Translations under genes and position numbers: made by a program | Assembly (NCBI GenBank): GCA_041572755.1 | Contig: JBFFRY010000009.1 | Coordinates: 8,221 to 72,220 of the forward strand | Source of the DNA: Acidimicrobiia bacterium | GTDB lineage: Bacteria > Actinomycetota > Acidimicrobiia > Spongiisociales > UBA11373 | Reading direction: 5' to 3' | Length of the DNA: 64,000 nucleotides | Part shown: in pieces, positions 55,975 to 64,000 of the stretch | How the letters are laid out: every line of letters begins with the position of its first letter | Numbering within the stretch: position 1 is the first letter of the stretch | Notes under the pieces: model-generated | The model's database searches: none | What the model saw: the letters and a program-made list of their open reading frames with translations, nothing else | Told to the model about the DNA's origin: nothing

Positions 55975-56703
55975 ATGGATCTCGGCGGCGTGACGGCTCT
56001 CGTCACCGGTGGTGCGAAGCGCATCGGAAGAGCGATCGCTCTGGCCCTGGCCCGCGAGGGATGCGATCTGGTGCTGCACTACAACCGGTCCTCGGCCGAA
56101 GCCGAAGAGGTGGCCAGCGAGGCCGGGGAGCTCGGATCCAGGGTGGCGCTCGTCGGTGTCGACATGGCCGATCCGGCCGCCGCCGAGGAGGTGGTTGCCG
56201 CCGCTTCGGAGCTCGGTCCTCCGCAGGTACTGATCAACAGCGCGGCCATCTTCCCTGCGGACACGCTGCTCGACGTCTCGCCGGAGGGTTGGCGGCGGAC
56301 GCTGGCGGTGAACCTGGAGGCTCCGGTGTTCCTCACCCAGGCTTTTGCCCGGGCGGTGCCCCCCGACCGCGAGGGGGCGGTCGTGAACGTGACCGACTGG
56401 CGGGTCGAGCGCCCGTATCCGGACCACTTCTCCTACACGATTGCCAAGGGAGCGCTCAGCGTCTTCATCGAAGCAGCGGCCGAGGCGCTCGCTCCCCGCA
56501 TCAGGGTGAACGGGGTGGCGCTCGGTGCGATGCTTCCCCCGCCGGGCAAGGACTCCGCCTACCTGAAGGCTCTGGCGAAAGAGATCCCGCTGCAGAGAGT
56601 CGGCGGCGCCGAGGTGGTGGCCGACGCAGTGGTGTTCCTTTTGCGAAACCACTTCATCACGGGTGAGATCATCCGGCTCGATGGTGGCGCCCACCTGAGG
56701 TAG
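55975..56703 (+). CDS. SDR pteridine reductase (PTR1/FolM-like)
   Basis: TGGAKRIG, LHYNRS, LINSA, YTIAK (YxxxK), ITGEIIRLDGG. Confidence 0.85.
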   Translation: MDLGGVTALVTGGAKRIGRAIALALAREGCDLVLHYNRSSAEAEEVASEAGELGSRVALVGVDMADPAAAEEVVAAASELGPPQVLINSAAIFPADTLLDVSPEGWRRTLAVNLEAPVFLTQAFARAVPPDREGAVVNVTDWRVERPYPDHFSYTIAKGALSVFIEAAAEALAPRIRVNGVALGAMLPPPGKDSAYLKALAKEIPLQRVGGAEVVADAVVFLLRNHFITGEIIRLDGGAHLR

Positions 56704-56731
56704 CCGGCAGTCGGTCGGTAAGGTGCCCGCT

Positions 56732-57088
56732 ATGGACCAGATCCACATTCGCGACCTGCTGGTGCGCGGCATCGTGGGGATCAAGCCCGACGAGCGGGTG
56801 AACCGCCAGGACATCCTCGTCAACGCCATCCTGTGGGCCGATTTGGGTCCGGCAGCGGGCAGCGACGACATCTCGGACGCCGTCAACTACCGCACGATCA
56901 CCAAGGCGATGGTGAACCACATCGAGCGCGGGGAACCGATGCTGGTCGAACGCCTCGCCGCCGAACTCACCGACGTGTGCTTCGCCGCCGATCCCCGGGT
57001 GGCCGAAGCCGAAGTCACGGTCGAGAAGCCCGGGGCGATTCGGTTTGCGGCGTCGGTGGGCGTGACGATCCGGAGGAAACGGCCCTGA
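56732..57088 (+). CDS. folB: dihydroneopterin aldolase/epimerase (FolB/FolX family)
   Basis: [16 protein letters not shown]...Q, VNY, LVERLA, VEKP; ATG lies 7 nt after TAAGGT. Confidence 0.88.
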   Translation: MDQIHIRDLLVRGIVGIKPDERVNRQDILVNAILWADLGPAAGSDDISDAVNYRTITKAMVNHIERGEPMLVERLAAELTDVCFAADPRVAEAEVTVEKPGAIRFAASVGVTIRRKRP

Positions 57089-58182
57089 ACCGGGCGCTGA
57101 TCGCGATCGGGTCCAACATCGAGGCCGAGGCCAACGTGGTGCGGGCCGTACGTTGGCTCTGTGCCCATTCCCGGTTCACCGTGGAGGCGGTGAGCCGCTT
57201 CTACGAGAGCGAGGCGTTCGGCCCAGAGCCGCAACCCTCATTCATCAACGGTGCGGTGCGGGTGCGCACCGGTCTCGAGCCGTTACGGATTCGCGAGGAG
57301 TTGCGGGCCGTGGAAGCCGGGCTGGGCCGGGTACGCACTGAGGATCGCTACGCTGCCCGAACGATCGACCTCGACCTCTCCATGGTCGAGGGCGTGACGA
57401 TGGCGATCGATGGCCTCGAGATCCCCGATCCTGAGATCGCGGAGCGGGCCTATCTGGCGAGGCCCCTTGCCGATGTGGCCCCCGATTGGGTGTATCAGGG
57501 TGCGACGCTGGCCGAGATCGCCGGGAGACTCGACGACCAGGGGATACGCGTCATGACGAAGAACATCAGCCCCATGACCCCGCGCTATGCGCTCGAGGAC
57601 GGCATGGAGGCCTTGCCCGACGAGGTCTTCGATACCGAGTACGAGGCCCACGTGAGGGCGATGCTGGTAGAGCTGGGGGAGGACCCCCAGCGCGAGGGTC
57701 TGGTGAAGACCCCGCTCCGGGTTGCCAAGGCGATGGACTTCCTGACGAGCGGCTACACCACGACGCTGGATGAAGTGGTCAACAACGCCATCTTCGAGAG
57801 CGACACCGACGAGATGGTGGTCGTCAAGGACATCGAGTTCTACTCACTGTGCGAGCACCACATGCTCCCGTTCTTCGGCCGGGCACACGTCGCCTACGTC
57901 CCCAAGGGCCAGATCATCGGGCTCAGCAAGATCGCTCGCATCGTGGACCTCTTCTCACGGCGCCTTCAGGTGCAGGAGCGTCTCACCTCCCAGATCGCCG
58001 ACGCCGTCGACGAGGTGTTGTCTCCGCACGGCGTCGGGGTGGTACTCGAGGCGTCACACTTCTGCATGATGATGCGGGGGGTCCAGAAGCAGGGCAGTTC
58101 GATGGTCACCTCGGCGATGCGGGGCGGATTCAAGAGTGATCCCCGGACCCGGGCCGAGTTCACCGGGCTGATCGGGAGCTGA
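57085..58182 (+). CDS. fusion: HPPK (FolK) + GTP cyclohydrolase I (FolE); probable CTG start
   Basis: IAIGSNI and ARTIDLDL (FolK) are in frame with [32 protein letters not shown] (FolE). Confidence 0.88.
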   Translation: MNRALIAIGSNIEAEANVVRAVRWLCAHSRFTVEAVSRFYESEAFGPEPQPSFINGAVRVRTGLEPLRIREELRAVEAGLGRVRTEDRYAARTIDLDLSMVEGVTMAIDGLEIPDPEIAERAYLARPLADVAPDWVYQGATLAEIAGRLDDQGIRVMTKNISPMTPRYALEDGMEALPDEVFDTEYEAHVRAMLVELGEDPQREGLVKTPLRVAKAMDFLTSGYTTTLDEVVNNAIFESDTDEMVVVKDIEFYSLCEHHMLPFFGRAHVAYVPKGQIIGLSKIARIVDLFSRRLQVQERLTSQIADAVDEVLSPHGVGVVLEASHFCMMMRGVQKQGSSMVTSAMRGGFKSDPRTRAEFTGLIGS

Positions 58183-58249
58183 TCAGACCCCTTGAGCCGG
58201 CCTCGGAGGGTCGATACCTTCCCAGAGTGCCGACTCACCCCTCTCGGTT

Positions 58250-59119
58250 GTGGCCGTGACCGACGGCCACGAAGAGCTCGAAAGCATCCCGTGGTCCGAG
58301 CTGGACCGCTCGATCCCGGGCGGCCGTCGCCGGGCCCTGTATCTGGTTGCCGGCGCCGTGATGGCGCTGAGCGTGGGCATGGTCGTGGCGCGGGCGGTCG
58401 GGTCCCCCGGGGATCCGCCGGCGGTGCCGAGCACGCTGGCGCCGACGACCGTGGTGACCGAGCCGGCCACCACCGTCGACACCACGGTCGCCCCCGTCCT
58501 CTACGAGGAGTCGGAGCTGGTGGCGGTGCCGCTCGACGATCAGGCCCGCGCCGCAGTGGCACGGGCCGAGTGGTTCGTGACCGACTACTTCACGGCAGAT
58601 CTGGAACCGAACGGCACGGCCGACCTGCGGGGAGCGCTGCCGGCCGGGATCGATCTTCCCGACATGCCCCAGGATGGCGCCGTCGGCCTCTCGTACGTCG
58701 AGTGGGCCAGGGCCTTTCGGTTGGCGGATCTCGGGGCGAGTCGGTTCCGCGTCGACGTGGTGTTTCGGCTGTTGGGTGCCCCGCGCGATGAGGGATTCCG
58801 CCGCCTGGCGGCGCGGGCCGTCTCTGTGGTCGTCGAGGTCAACGAAGCGGGCGGATCGGTCGTCGTGGATCTTCCCTCTCCCGTCGCCATGCCCGCCGGT
58901 CCCGATCCGACGGCCTGGTCCCCCTACGAGGAGGACATTCCCGACCAGGTGATCGATGGCGCCATGGCTCTGGCGGCGGGGTTCGGATCGGAGCACCGCC
59001 TGCTGGGGGCATCGAGCCTCGAGGGAGGCTGGCGGGTGGTGATGACGGCGGTCGATGAAGTGGGCAACCGGTGGCCGTTGGCGGTGTGGGTGGACGAGCG
59101 CGGCTTGCCGCTCGGGTAG
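58250..59119 (+). CDS. bitopic membrane protein, possibly TcpC/VirB8-like
   Basis: Single TM, Thr/Pro linker, then AEWFVTDYFT...VDVVF...VSVVVEV..GGSVVVDLP pattern; family call by eye. Confidence 0.55.
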   Translation: MAVTDGHEELESIPWSELDRSIPGGRRRALYLVAGAVMALSVGMVVARAVGSPGDPPAVPSTLAPTTVVTEPATTVDTTVAPVLYEESELVAVPLDDQARAAVARAEWFVTDYFTADLEPNGTADLRGALPAGIDLPDMPQDGAVGLSYVEWARAFRLADLGASRFRVDVVFRLLGAPRDEGFRRLAARAVSVVVEVNEAGGSVVVDLPSPVAMPAGPDPTAWSPYEEDIPDQVIDGAMALAAGFGSEHRLLGASSLEGGWRVVMTAVDEVGNRWPLAVWVDERGLPLG

Positions 59120-59123
59120 GGGC

Positions 59124-59930
59124 TCAGCGCATCAACGGGGCAACGGCGCCGTGGAAAGCGGTGAGGAATTCCTGCACGGCGGCCGCCGGTCGGGCCGATT
59201 CGACTGCGGAGGCGTAGGGAAGGAACGCTCCCCGATAGTGATCCTCGATCCACCGGCCCCCATCGGGGAGTGGCGCGCCTGTGGCGCCGGAGGGGAACGG
59301 GTAGGCGATGCCGTAGAAGTAGGGATCGGGCACGGCGTCGTCGCCGGGGGAGAACCCCACCGTGGCTGACTCCCGGTGGGACTCGGGATCGGCAGGATCG
59401 GTGTCCGGCACCGTGCGGCCGGAGAACCAGGTGAGGGCCAGATCGAGGTGGTGAGGCCACAGCTGCACCGGTGAGGTCTCCTCGGGGCACCGGCCTGCAA
59501 AGGACTCGAACGCGGCGACGATCGCTCGGAGGGCGGCGGCGAACCGCTCCATCACGTCGGCCCGGTAGCCGGTGTCCTGGGGGCCCTCCGGGAACTCGAT
59601 GTCGATGGTGGTGTGAGGGGCGAGGGCATCGGCGATCTGGTCGACGAACGCCGGGGCGGCCTGTCCCAGCGGCACTTCTTGAGGGTCGGGACCGCCGACG
59701 GCGGCGACGTGGCGGTCGAGGTCGAGGACGATCGAGAACGGCCCGGCGTCGCCCTCCATGGGCAGCGTCGTGAGCCCTCGCTCGTGGGGTTGCAGGGCGA
59801 GGTGCCACCAGTGAGGGTGAGGTTCGAGGAGGGCCCGGGGTACGGCCCCGACGACGCGAGCGCGATGGTGGAGGTCGGCACGGGTTGCCGCCCAGGGGTC
59901 GGGGTCCAGGGAGGCCCATGAGGTCGTCAT
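59124..59930 (-). CDS. DUF5996-family protein
   Basis: W..TR..LH...HWWH..L....RGLTT; LWPHHLD; GFSPGD....PYFY. Confidence 0.75.
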   Translation of the reverse strand: MTTSWASLDPDPWAATRADLHHRARVVGAVPRALLEPHPHWWHLALQPHERGLTTLPMEGDAGPFSIVLDLDRHVAAVGGPDPQEVPLGQAAPAFVDQIADALAPHTTIDIEFPEGPQDTGYRADVMERFAAALRAIVAAFESFAGRCPEETSPVQLWPHHLDLALTWFSGRTVPDTDPADPESHRESATVGFSPGDDAVPDPYFYGIAYPFPSGATGAPLPDGGRWIEDHYRGAFLPYASAVESARPAAAVQEFLTAFHGAVAPLMR

Positions 59931-59982
59931 CGTCGGCACCCTACCCGTCGGGCCGGACCCCGCCAGCGGCTACGCTCCGCTG

Positions 59983-60690
59983 ATGATGCACACCGCCCTG
60001 ACTCCCGAGTGGATTCGACTGCTTCCACCGGATCTCGAAGGCAGTGCTATTGCCGTGGTCGGCCCCGACGCCGCGGCTGCCGGCAGCGCCATCCAGGCGG
60101 CCGGGGGACGGTCACTGCTGGCGGACGGCGAGGGCTTCGTGCTGCTGGCGGACGGCATCGAGGATCCCGGCTCGACCGGACTGGCCGGTGTCGAGCCGGA
60201 TTCGCTCGATCTCGTCGTGCTGCGCCGTGCCTGGTCGGGCCGCCCCGGCGTGCTCGAGGTCATGCGGGCCGCCCGTCGAGCCCTGCGACCGGGCGGGCGG
60301 TTGCTGGCCCTCGAGGTCGATGCCGGCCGGCTTCTCGAGTCTTCCGTCGTGCGCTACCCGCTCCGCCTTCGCTTCGACCACGATCCCGATGCCGCGGCGC
60401 GTCTCCGGGGCACCACGGTGCCGCCGGCCGCCTTGATGATCGATGCCGTCCGGGCCGGGTTCCGAGACGTCGTCGAGCGGCGAATCGACGAGACGCGGGC
60501 ATGGTTCGCCTCCGTCGACGCCTATAGGCAAGCCATTGCGGAGGGCGCATGGCCCTCACTGGCTGCCATGGCTCCCGAAGGGAGAGCGCGGCTGCTGGAG
60601 GCGGTGGAGCCCGACCTGAGGGCCGCAGCTCCGATCGGTGAGGTGGCCGATCGCGAGCCCTGGATCGCCGTGACCGGCGTCAGGCCGTGA
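59983..60690 (+). CDS. class I SAM methyltransferase-like protein (degenerate motif I)
   Basis: DSLDLVV...RALRPGGRLLALE; lacks a clear DxGxG. Confidence 0.55.
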   Translation: MMHTALTPEWIRLLPPDLEGSAIAVVGPDAAAAGSAIQAAGGRSLLADGEGFVLLADGIEDPGSTGLAGVEPDSLDLVVLRRAWSGRPGVLEVMRAARRALRPGGRLLALEVDAGRLLESSVVRYPLRLRFDHDPDAAARLRGTTVPPAALMIDAVRAGFRDVVERRIDETRAWFASVDAYRQAIAEGAWPSLAAMAPEGRARLLEAVEPDLRAAAPIGEVADREPWIAVTGVRP

Positions 60691-60696
60691 CTCGTT

Positions 60697-60954
60697 TCAG
60701 TCGAAGTGCTTCTCGAGGATCTCGGTTGCCGCCGGTGCGATCTCTTCCCACAGGCCTTCGGGTGACTTGGACAAGGTCACGAAGTCGGCCGACATGAACA
60801 CGCTGGTCACCCCGGGGATGGCGAGCAGTGCGGCCGCTGCGGGATCGTCGACCTCCTGGCCGGCCGCAAACGACATCGGGGTGTCGAAACTCGCTCCGGT
60901 GACCGTGAACTTGAGAGCGTTCGGGTTGGGGGTCGCACTGGACAGGACCGGCAT
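60697..60954 (-). CDS. stand-alone NifU/Nfu N-terminal domain protein
   Basis: TPNPNALKF, LLAIPGV.SVF..DFVTL.K; SD GAGGAGG. Confidence 0.85.
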   Translation of the reverse strand: MPVLSSATPNPNALKFTVTGASFDTPMSFAAGQEVDDPAAAALLAIPGVTSVFMSADFVTLSKSPEGLWEEIAPAATEILEKHFD

Positions 60955-60993
60955 GTCGCTCCTCCTCAGCAGGGCATCGTAGCGGGGGGCGTC

Positions 60994-62955
60994 GTGGATA
61001 CGGGTGTCGACGTCGGCGGGACCTTCACCGATGTGGTTGCTTGGGATGGCACCACTCTGCGAACCGCCAAGGTCCCGTCGACACCCGATCAGAGTGAAGG
61101 GGTGGCGGAGGGGATCGGCACGGCGACGTCCGGGAGGGCCGGTCGGCTGCTGCACGGGACCACCGTGGCGACCAATGCGGTGCTGGAGGGGAAGGTCGCC
61201 CGAACCGTGCTCGTCACGGATGCCGGCTTCCAGGACCTCATCGAAATCGGGCGCCAGGATCGCCCGTCGCTCTACGACCTCCACCGAGCCCGACCCGAAC
61301 CGATTGCGTCCCGTGCCCTGCGGGTCGGCTCGCCGGGGCGGGGAGACCGGTACGGGACTCGGATCGGCGATGTCGAGGATCCCGGCGGCGTTGCCGACGC
61401 GGTGGCGGCGCTCGACCCCGAGGCCGTGGCGGTGGCGCTCCTCTACTCCTTCGTGGATTCTGCGGCTGAGGAGGCTCTGGCCGAAGCGATCCGGCGTCGC
61501 CTGGGGGAGACCCCGGTCTCGGTTTCTTCTGAGGTCGTGGCGGAGTTCCGGGAGTACGAACGCACCTCGACGACGTTGCTCAACGCCGCGCTGGTCCCCG
61601 CCGTGTCCCGCTATCTCGGGTCGCTCCGCCGGCGAGCGGAGTCGGTTGGTGTCGAGGGTTCGATCGAGGTGATGCGGAGCTCGGGCGGGTTGATCGGTCT
61701 GGCCGAGGCCGCCCGGATACCCGCTTCGATTCTCCTGTCGGGGCCGGCCGGGGGTGTCGTGGCGGCATCGGCGCTCGGCGATGCACTCGGTCACCGGCGG
61801 GTTGTCTCCTTCGACATGGGGGGCACCTCGACCGACGTGTGCCGTATCGAGGATGGTCGCCCGGGCGTGACCTACGAGCGCTCGATCGAGGGCCACCCGT
61901 GCCGCATGCCGTCGGTGGCCATCCACACGGTCGGCGCCGGGGGCGGGAGTATCGGATGGGTCGATGGGGGAGGCGCTTTGCGGGTGGGCCCGCACAGCGC
62001 CGGGGCCGTGCCGGGCCCCGTCTGCTACGGCCGCGGGGGAATCGAGCCGGCCGTCACCGACGCCAACCTGGTGGTCGGCCGGATTGGGAGGGACGCCCGG
62101 TTCGGGGGGTCTGTTCGTCTGAACGGCCGAGCCGCCGATCGGGCGTTGAGCCGCCTCGGAGCGGCGATCGGCTTCAGCGCCGAGGACGCCGCCCTGGGGA
62201 TGATCGAGGTCGTCGAAGCCCACATGGAGCGGGCCGTCAGGGCGGTCTCGATCGAGGAGGGTGCAGATCCCCGAAGTGCCGTCTTGGTGGCCTTCGGCGG
62301 CGCCGGCGGGCTCCATGCCGTCTCCTTGGCGAAGCGGCTGGCGATGGCCGGCGTGGTGATCCCGGCCCATGCCGGGGTGTTCTCGGCGCTCGGCCTGCTG
62401 CTTGCCCCGCCCCGCGCCGATGAGGCACGCAGCGTGCTGGCGCGTCACGGTGAACTCGGTGAGCTGGAGGCGACGGCGGACGCGGTGGGAAGGGAGGCCC
62501 GTCGTCGAGTGGGCCGGTCGGCGGCCGTTTCGCTGTTGGTCGATGTGCGCTACCTGGGCCAATCCCACGAGACCCAGATCCCCTATCGAATAGGTGAGTC
62601 GTGGGAGATCCTCGCCGGGCGGTTCCACGACGTTCACCGGCGGCGCAACGGATTTGAGCGGCGGGGCGATCCGATCGAGATCGTCACCGTCCGTGCCGAG
62701 GGGACCGCCCCACCGGCCATGGCGTGGGCAGATGTGCCTGCTTCTCTCCCTGAGGGGGAGCCCCGCCGGGGAGATCGGGCCGTGCTCCTCGGCGGGAGGG
62801 AGGTCCGGGCGTCGGTCTGGTGGCGTCCTGCGCTGGCACCCGGCCGAGAGGTGGTGGGTCCGGCGGTGATCGAGGAAGCCGATGCCACCACCCTCCTCGA
62901 GCCGGGAGATCGCGCCAGGGTGCACGACTCGGGGGCTCTGGAGGTGTCGTGGTAG
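60994..62955 (+). CDS. hydantoinase/5-oxoprolinase subunit A family
   Basis: GVDVGGTFTD, HGTTVATNA, REYER, LSGPAGG, DMGGTSTD, GAGGGS. Confidence 0.92.
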   Translation: MDTGVDVGGTFTDVVAWDGTTLRTAKVPSTPDQSEGVAEGIGTATSGRAGRLLHGTTVATNAVLEGKVARTVLVTDAGFQDLIEIGRQDRPSLYDLHRARPEPIASRALRVGSPGRGDRYGTRIGDVEDPGGVADAVAALDPEAVAVALLYSFVDSAAEEALAEAIRRRLGETPVSVSSEVVAEFREYERTSTTLLNAALVPAVSRYLGSLRRRAESVGVEGSIEVMRSSGGLIGLAEAARIPASILLSGPAGGVVAASALGDALGHRRVVSFDMGGTSTDVCRIEDGRPGVTYERSIEGHPCRMPSVAIHTVGAGGGSIGWVDGGGALRVGPHSAGAVPGPVCYGRGGIEPAVTDANLVVGRIGRDARFGGSVRLNGRAADRALSRLGAAIGFSAEDAALGMIEVVEAHMERAVRAVSIEEGADPRSAVLVAFGGAGGLHAVSLAKRLAMAGVVIPAHAGVFSALGLLLAPPRADEARSVLARHGELGELEATADAVGREARRRVGRSAAVSLLVDVRYLGQSHETQIPYRIGESWEILAGRFHDVHRRRNGFERRGDPIEIVTVRAEGTAPPAMAWADVPASLPEGEPRRGDRAVLLGGREVRASVWWRPALAPGREVVGPAVIEEADATTLLEPGDRARVHDSGALEVSW

Positions 62956-64000
62956 TGGACGCCGTCACTCTGGAGGTGGCTCGCAATCGATTTGCGGCGG
63001 TCGCCGACGAGATGGGTGCGGTGCTGCGGCGGACGGCGTACTCACCGAACATCAAGGAACGCGCCGACTGCTCGGCGGCGGTGTTCGTCCCCGATGGGGA
63101 GATGCTGGCTCAAGCCGAGCACATCCCCGTGCATCTGGGTTCGATGCCGGCGTCGGTGGCGGCCGTCATCGAGCGATTCCCGGTCGAACCGGGGGTGCAG
63201 TTCGCGGTCAACGATCCCTTTCACGGCGGCACCCATCTCAACGATCTCACGCTGGTCCGCCCGGTGTTTGCCGATGAGACGCTGATCGGCTGGGTCGCCA
63301 ATCGGGCTCACCACGCCGACGTCGGCGGCACGGCCCCGGGCTCGATGCCGGCCACTGCGATCCGCCTCGAGGAGGAGGGCTGTGTCGTTGCCCCGATGGT
63401 GGCGGTGCGTGATGGTGCCTGGGTGCCGGAGTTCCTCGAACCGTTCCTCGACGCCACCCGCACACCCGATGAGCGGCTCGGTGATCTGTCGGCCCAGTTG
63501 GGCGCCAACGAGGCCGGCGCCGACCGCCTGCTGGAGGCGGTTGCCGCCGAAGGCCGGGCTCGTCACGAGGTCGTGGCGCGCAGCCTGCTCGACTACGGAG
63601 AGAACCGCATGAGGGCCGCCGTCGAACGCCTGCCCGACGGGGAGTACCCCTTCGAGGATGTCATGGAGTGGGGCGACCGCGACTTGATCATCAGGGTGCT
63701 CGTGTCGATCTCCGGAGGAACCCTGGCGGCGGACTTCACGGGCACCGACGACCAGATCGAGGGCAACATCAACGCCGTCGACGCCGTCACTCGGTCCTGT
63801 CTGCTCTATGCGGTTCGGGTGGCCACCGACCCCACCATTCCGGCGAACGGCGGGTGCTACCGGCCGATTTCGCTCGTCGCTCCGGAGGGGAGCCTGGTGG
63901 GGGCTCGACCGCCGGTGGCGGTGGCGGCCGGCAACGTCGAGACGAGCCAACGGATCGCCGACGTGATCCTCGGGGCACTGGCGCAGGCGGCCCCGGACCA
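62955..64000 (+). CDS. hydantoinase B/oxoprolinase family (partial, runs off the window)
   Basis: EMGAVLRRTAYSPNIKERADCS, HIPVHLGSM, NDPFHGGTHLND, HHADVGG, GNVETSQR. Confidence 0.9.
   Translation, partial: MDAVTLEVARNRFAAVADEMGAVLRRTAYSPNIKERADCSAAVFVPDGEMLAQAEHIPVHLGSMPASVAAVIERFPVEPGVQFAVNDPFHGGTHLNDLTLVRPVFADETLIGWVANRAHHADVGGTAPGSMPATAIRLEEEGCVVAPMVAVRDGAWVPEFLEPFLDATRTPDERLGDLSAQLGANEAGADRLLEAVAAEGRARHEVVARSLLDYGENRMRAAVERLPDGEYPFEDVMEWGDRDLIIRVLVSISGGTLAADFTGTDDQIEGNINAVDAVTRSCLLYAVRVATDPTIPANGGCYRPISLVAPEGSLVGARPPVAVAAGNVETSQRIADVILGALAQAAPD

Noticed and set aside
60697-62925. Long antisense/alternative-frame ORFs (also 20551..22473 -, 16963..18828 +, 47035..48870 -, 33519..35411 +, 18587..20335 -)
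   Set aside because: They are shadows of well-supported genes on the opposite strand in high-GC DNA, with Arg/Pro/Gly-rich, motif-free translations. Only the last 85 codons of 60697..62925 are a real gene.

Overview
High-GC bacterial chromosomal segment, most likely Actinomycetota and plausibly Acidimicrobiia. This is inferred from WhiB, a GlnR-type regulator, an acyl-CoA carboxylase epsilon subunit, DUF3048 and pervasive leaderless genes. I found no mobile element, prophage or CRISPR array. It is mostly housekeeping and metabolic: nadABC, a peptide-type ABC transporter, dnaX-recR, thiolase/mce, ask-asd, tRNA-Pro(CGG), whiB, selAB, two M23 peptidases, mrp/iscA, ALDH7, tyrosine phenol-lyase, aromatic amino-acid synthesis, two glutamine synthetases with glnR, a pterin cluster and hydantoinase/oxoprolinase A/B. 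Most notable observations: (1) the family-5 solute-binding lipoprotein appears circularly permuted, with the canonical N-terminal segment and family signature at its C-terminus, and the transporter is unusually rich in Cys pairs; (2) an unannotated, probably leaderless 20-aa Phe-rich leader peptide precedes a single-chain chorismate mutase-prephenate dehydratase-DAHP synthase fusion; (3) a cluster of microproteins missed or mis-started by the ORF track (Cys/His zinc-finger-like, possibly Sm/Hfq-like, Lys-rich) lies behind an RRM gene; (4) an in-frame FolK-FolE fusion with a probable CTG start; (5) a near-perfect proteobacterial NadQ-type operator in front of nadA and an 11-bp-periodic GlnR box array in front of glnA. 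All family calls are by-eye motif recognition. No database searches or folding computations were run, and novelty is not established.
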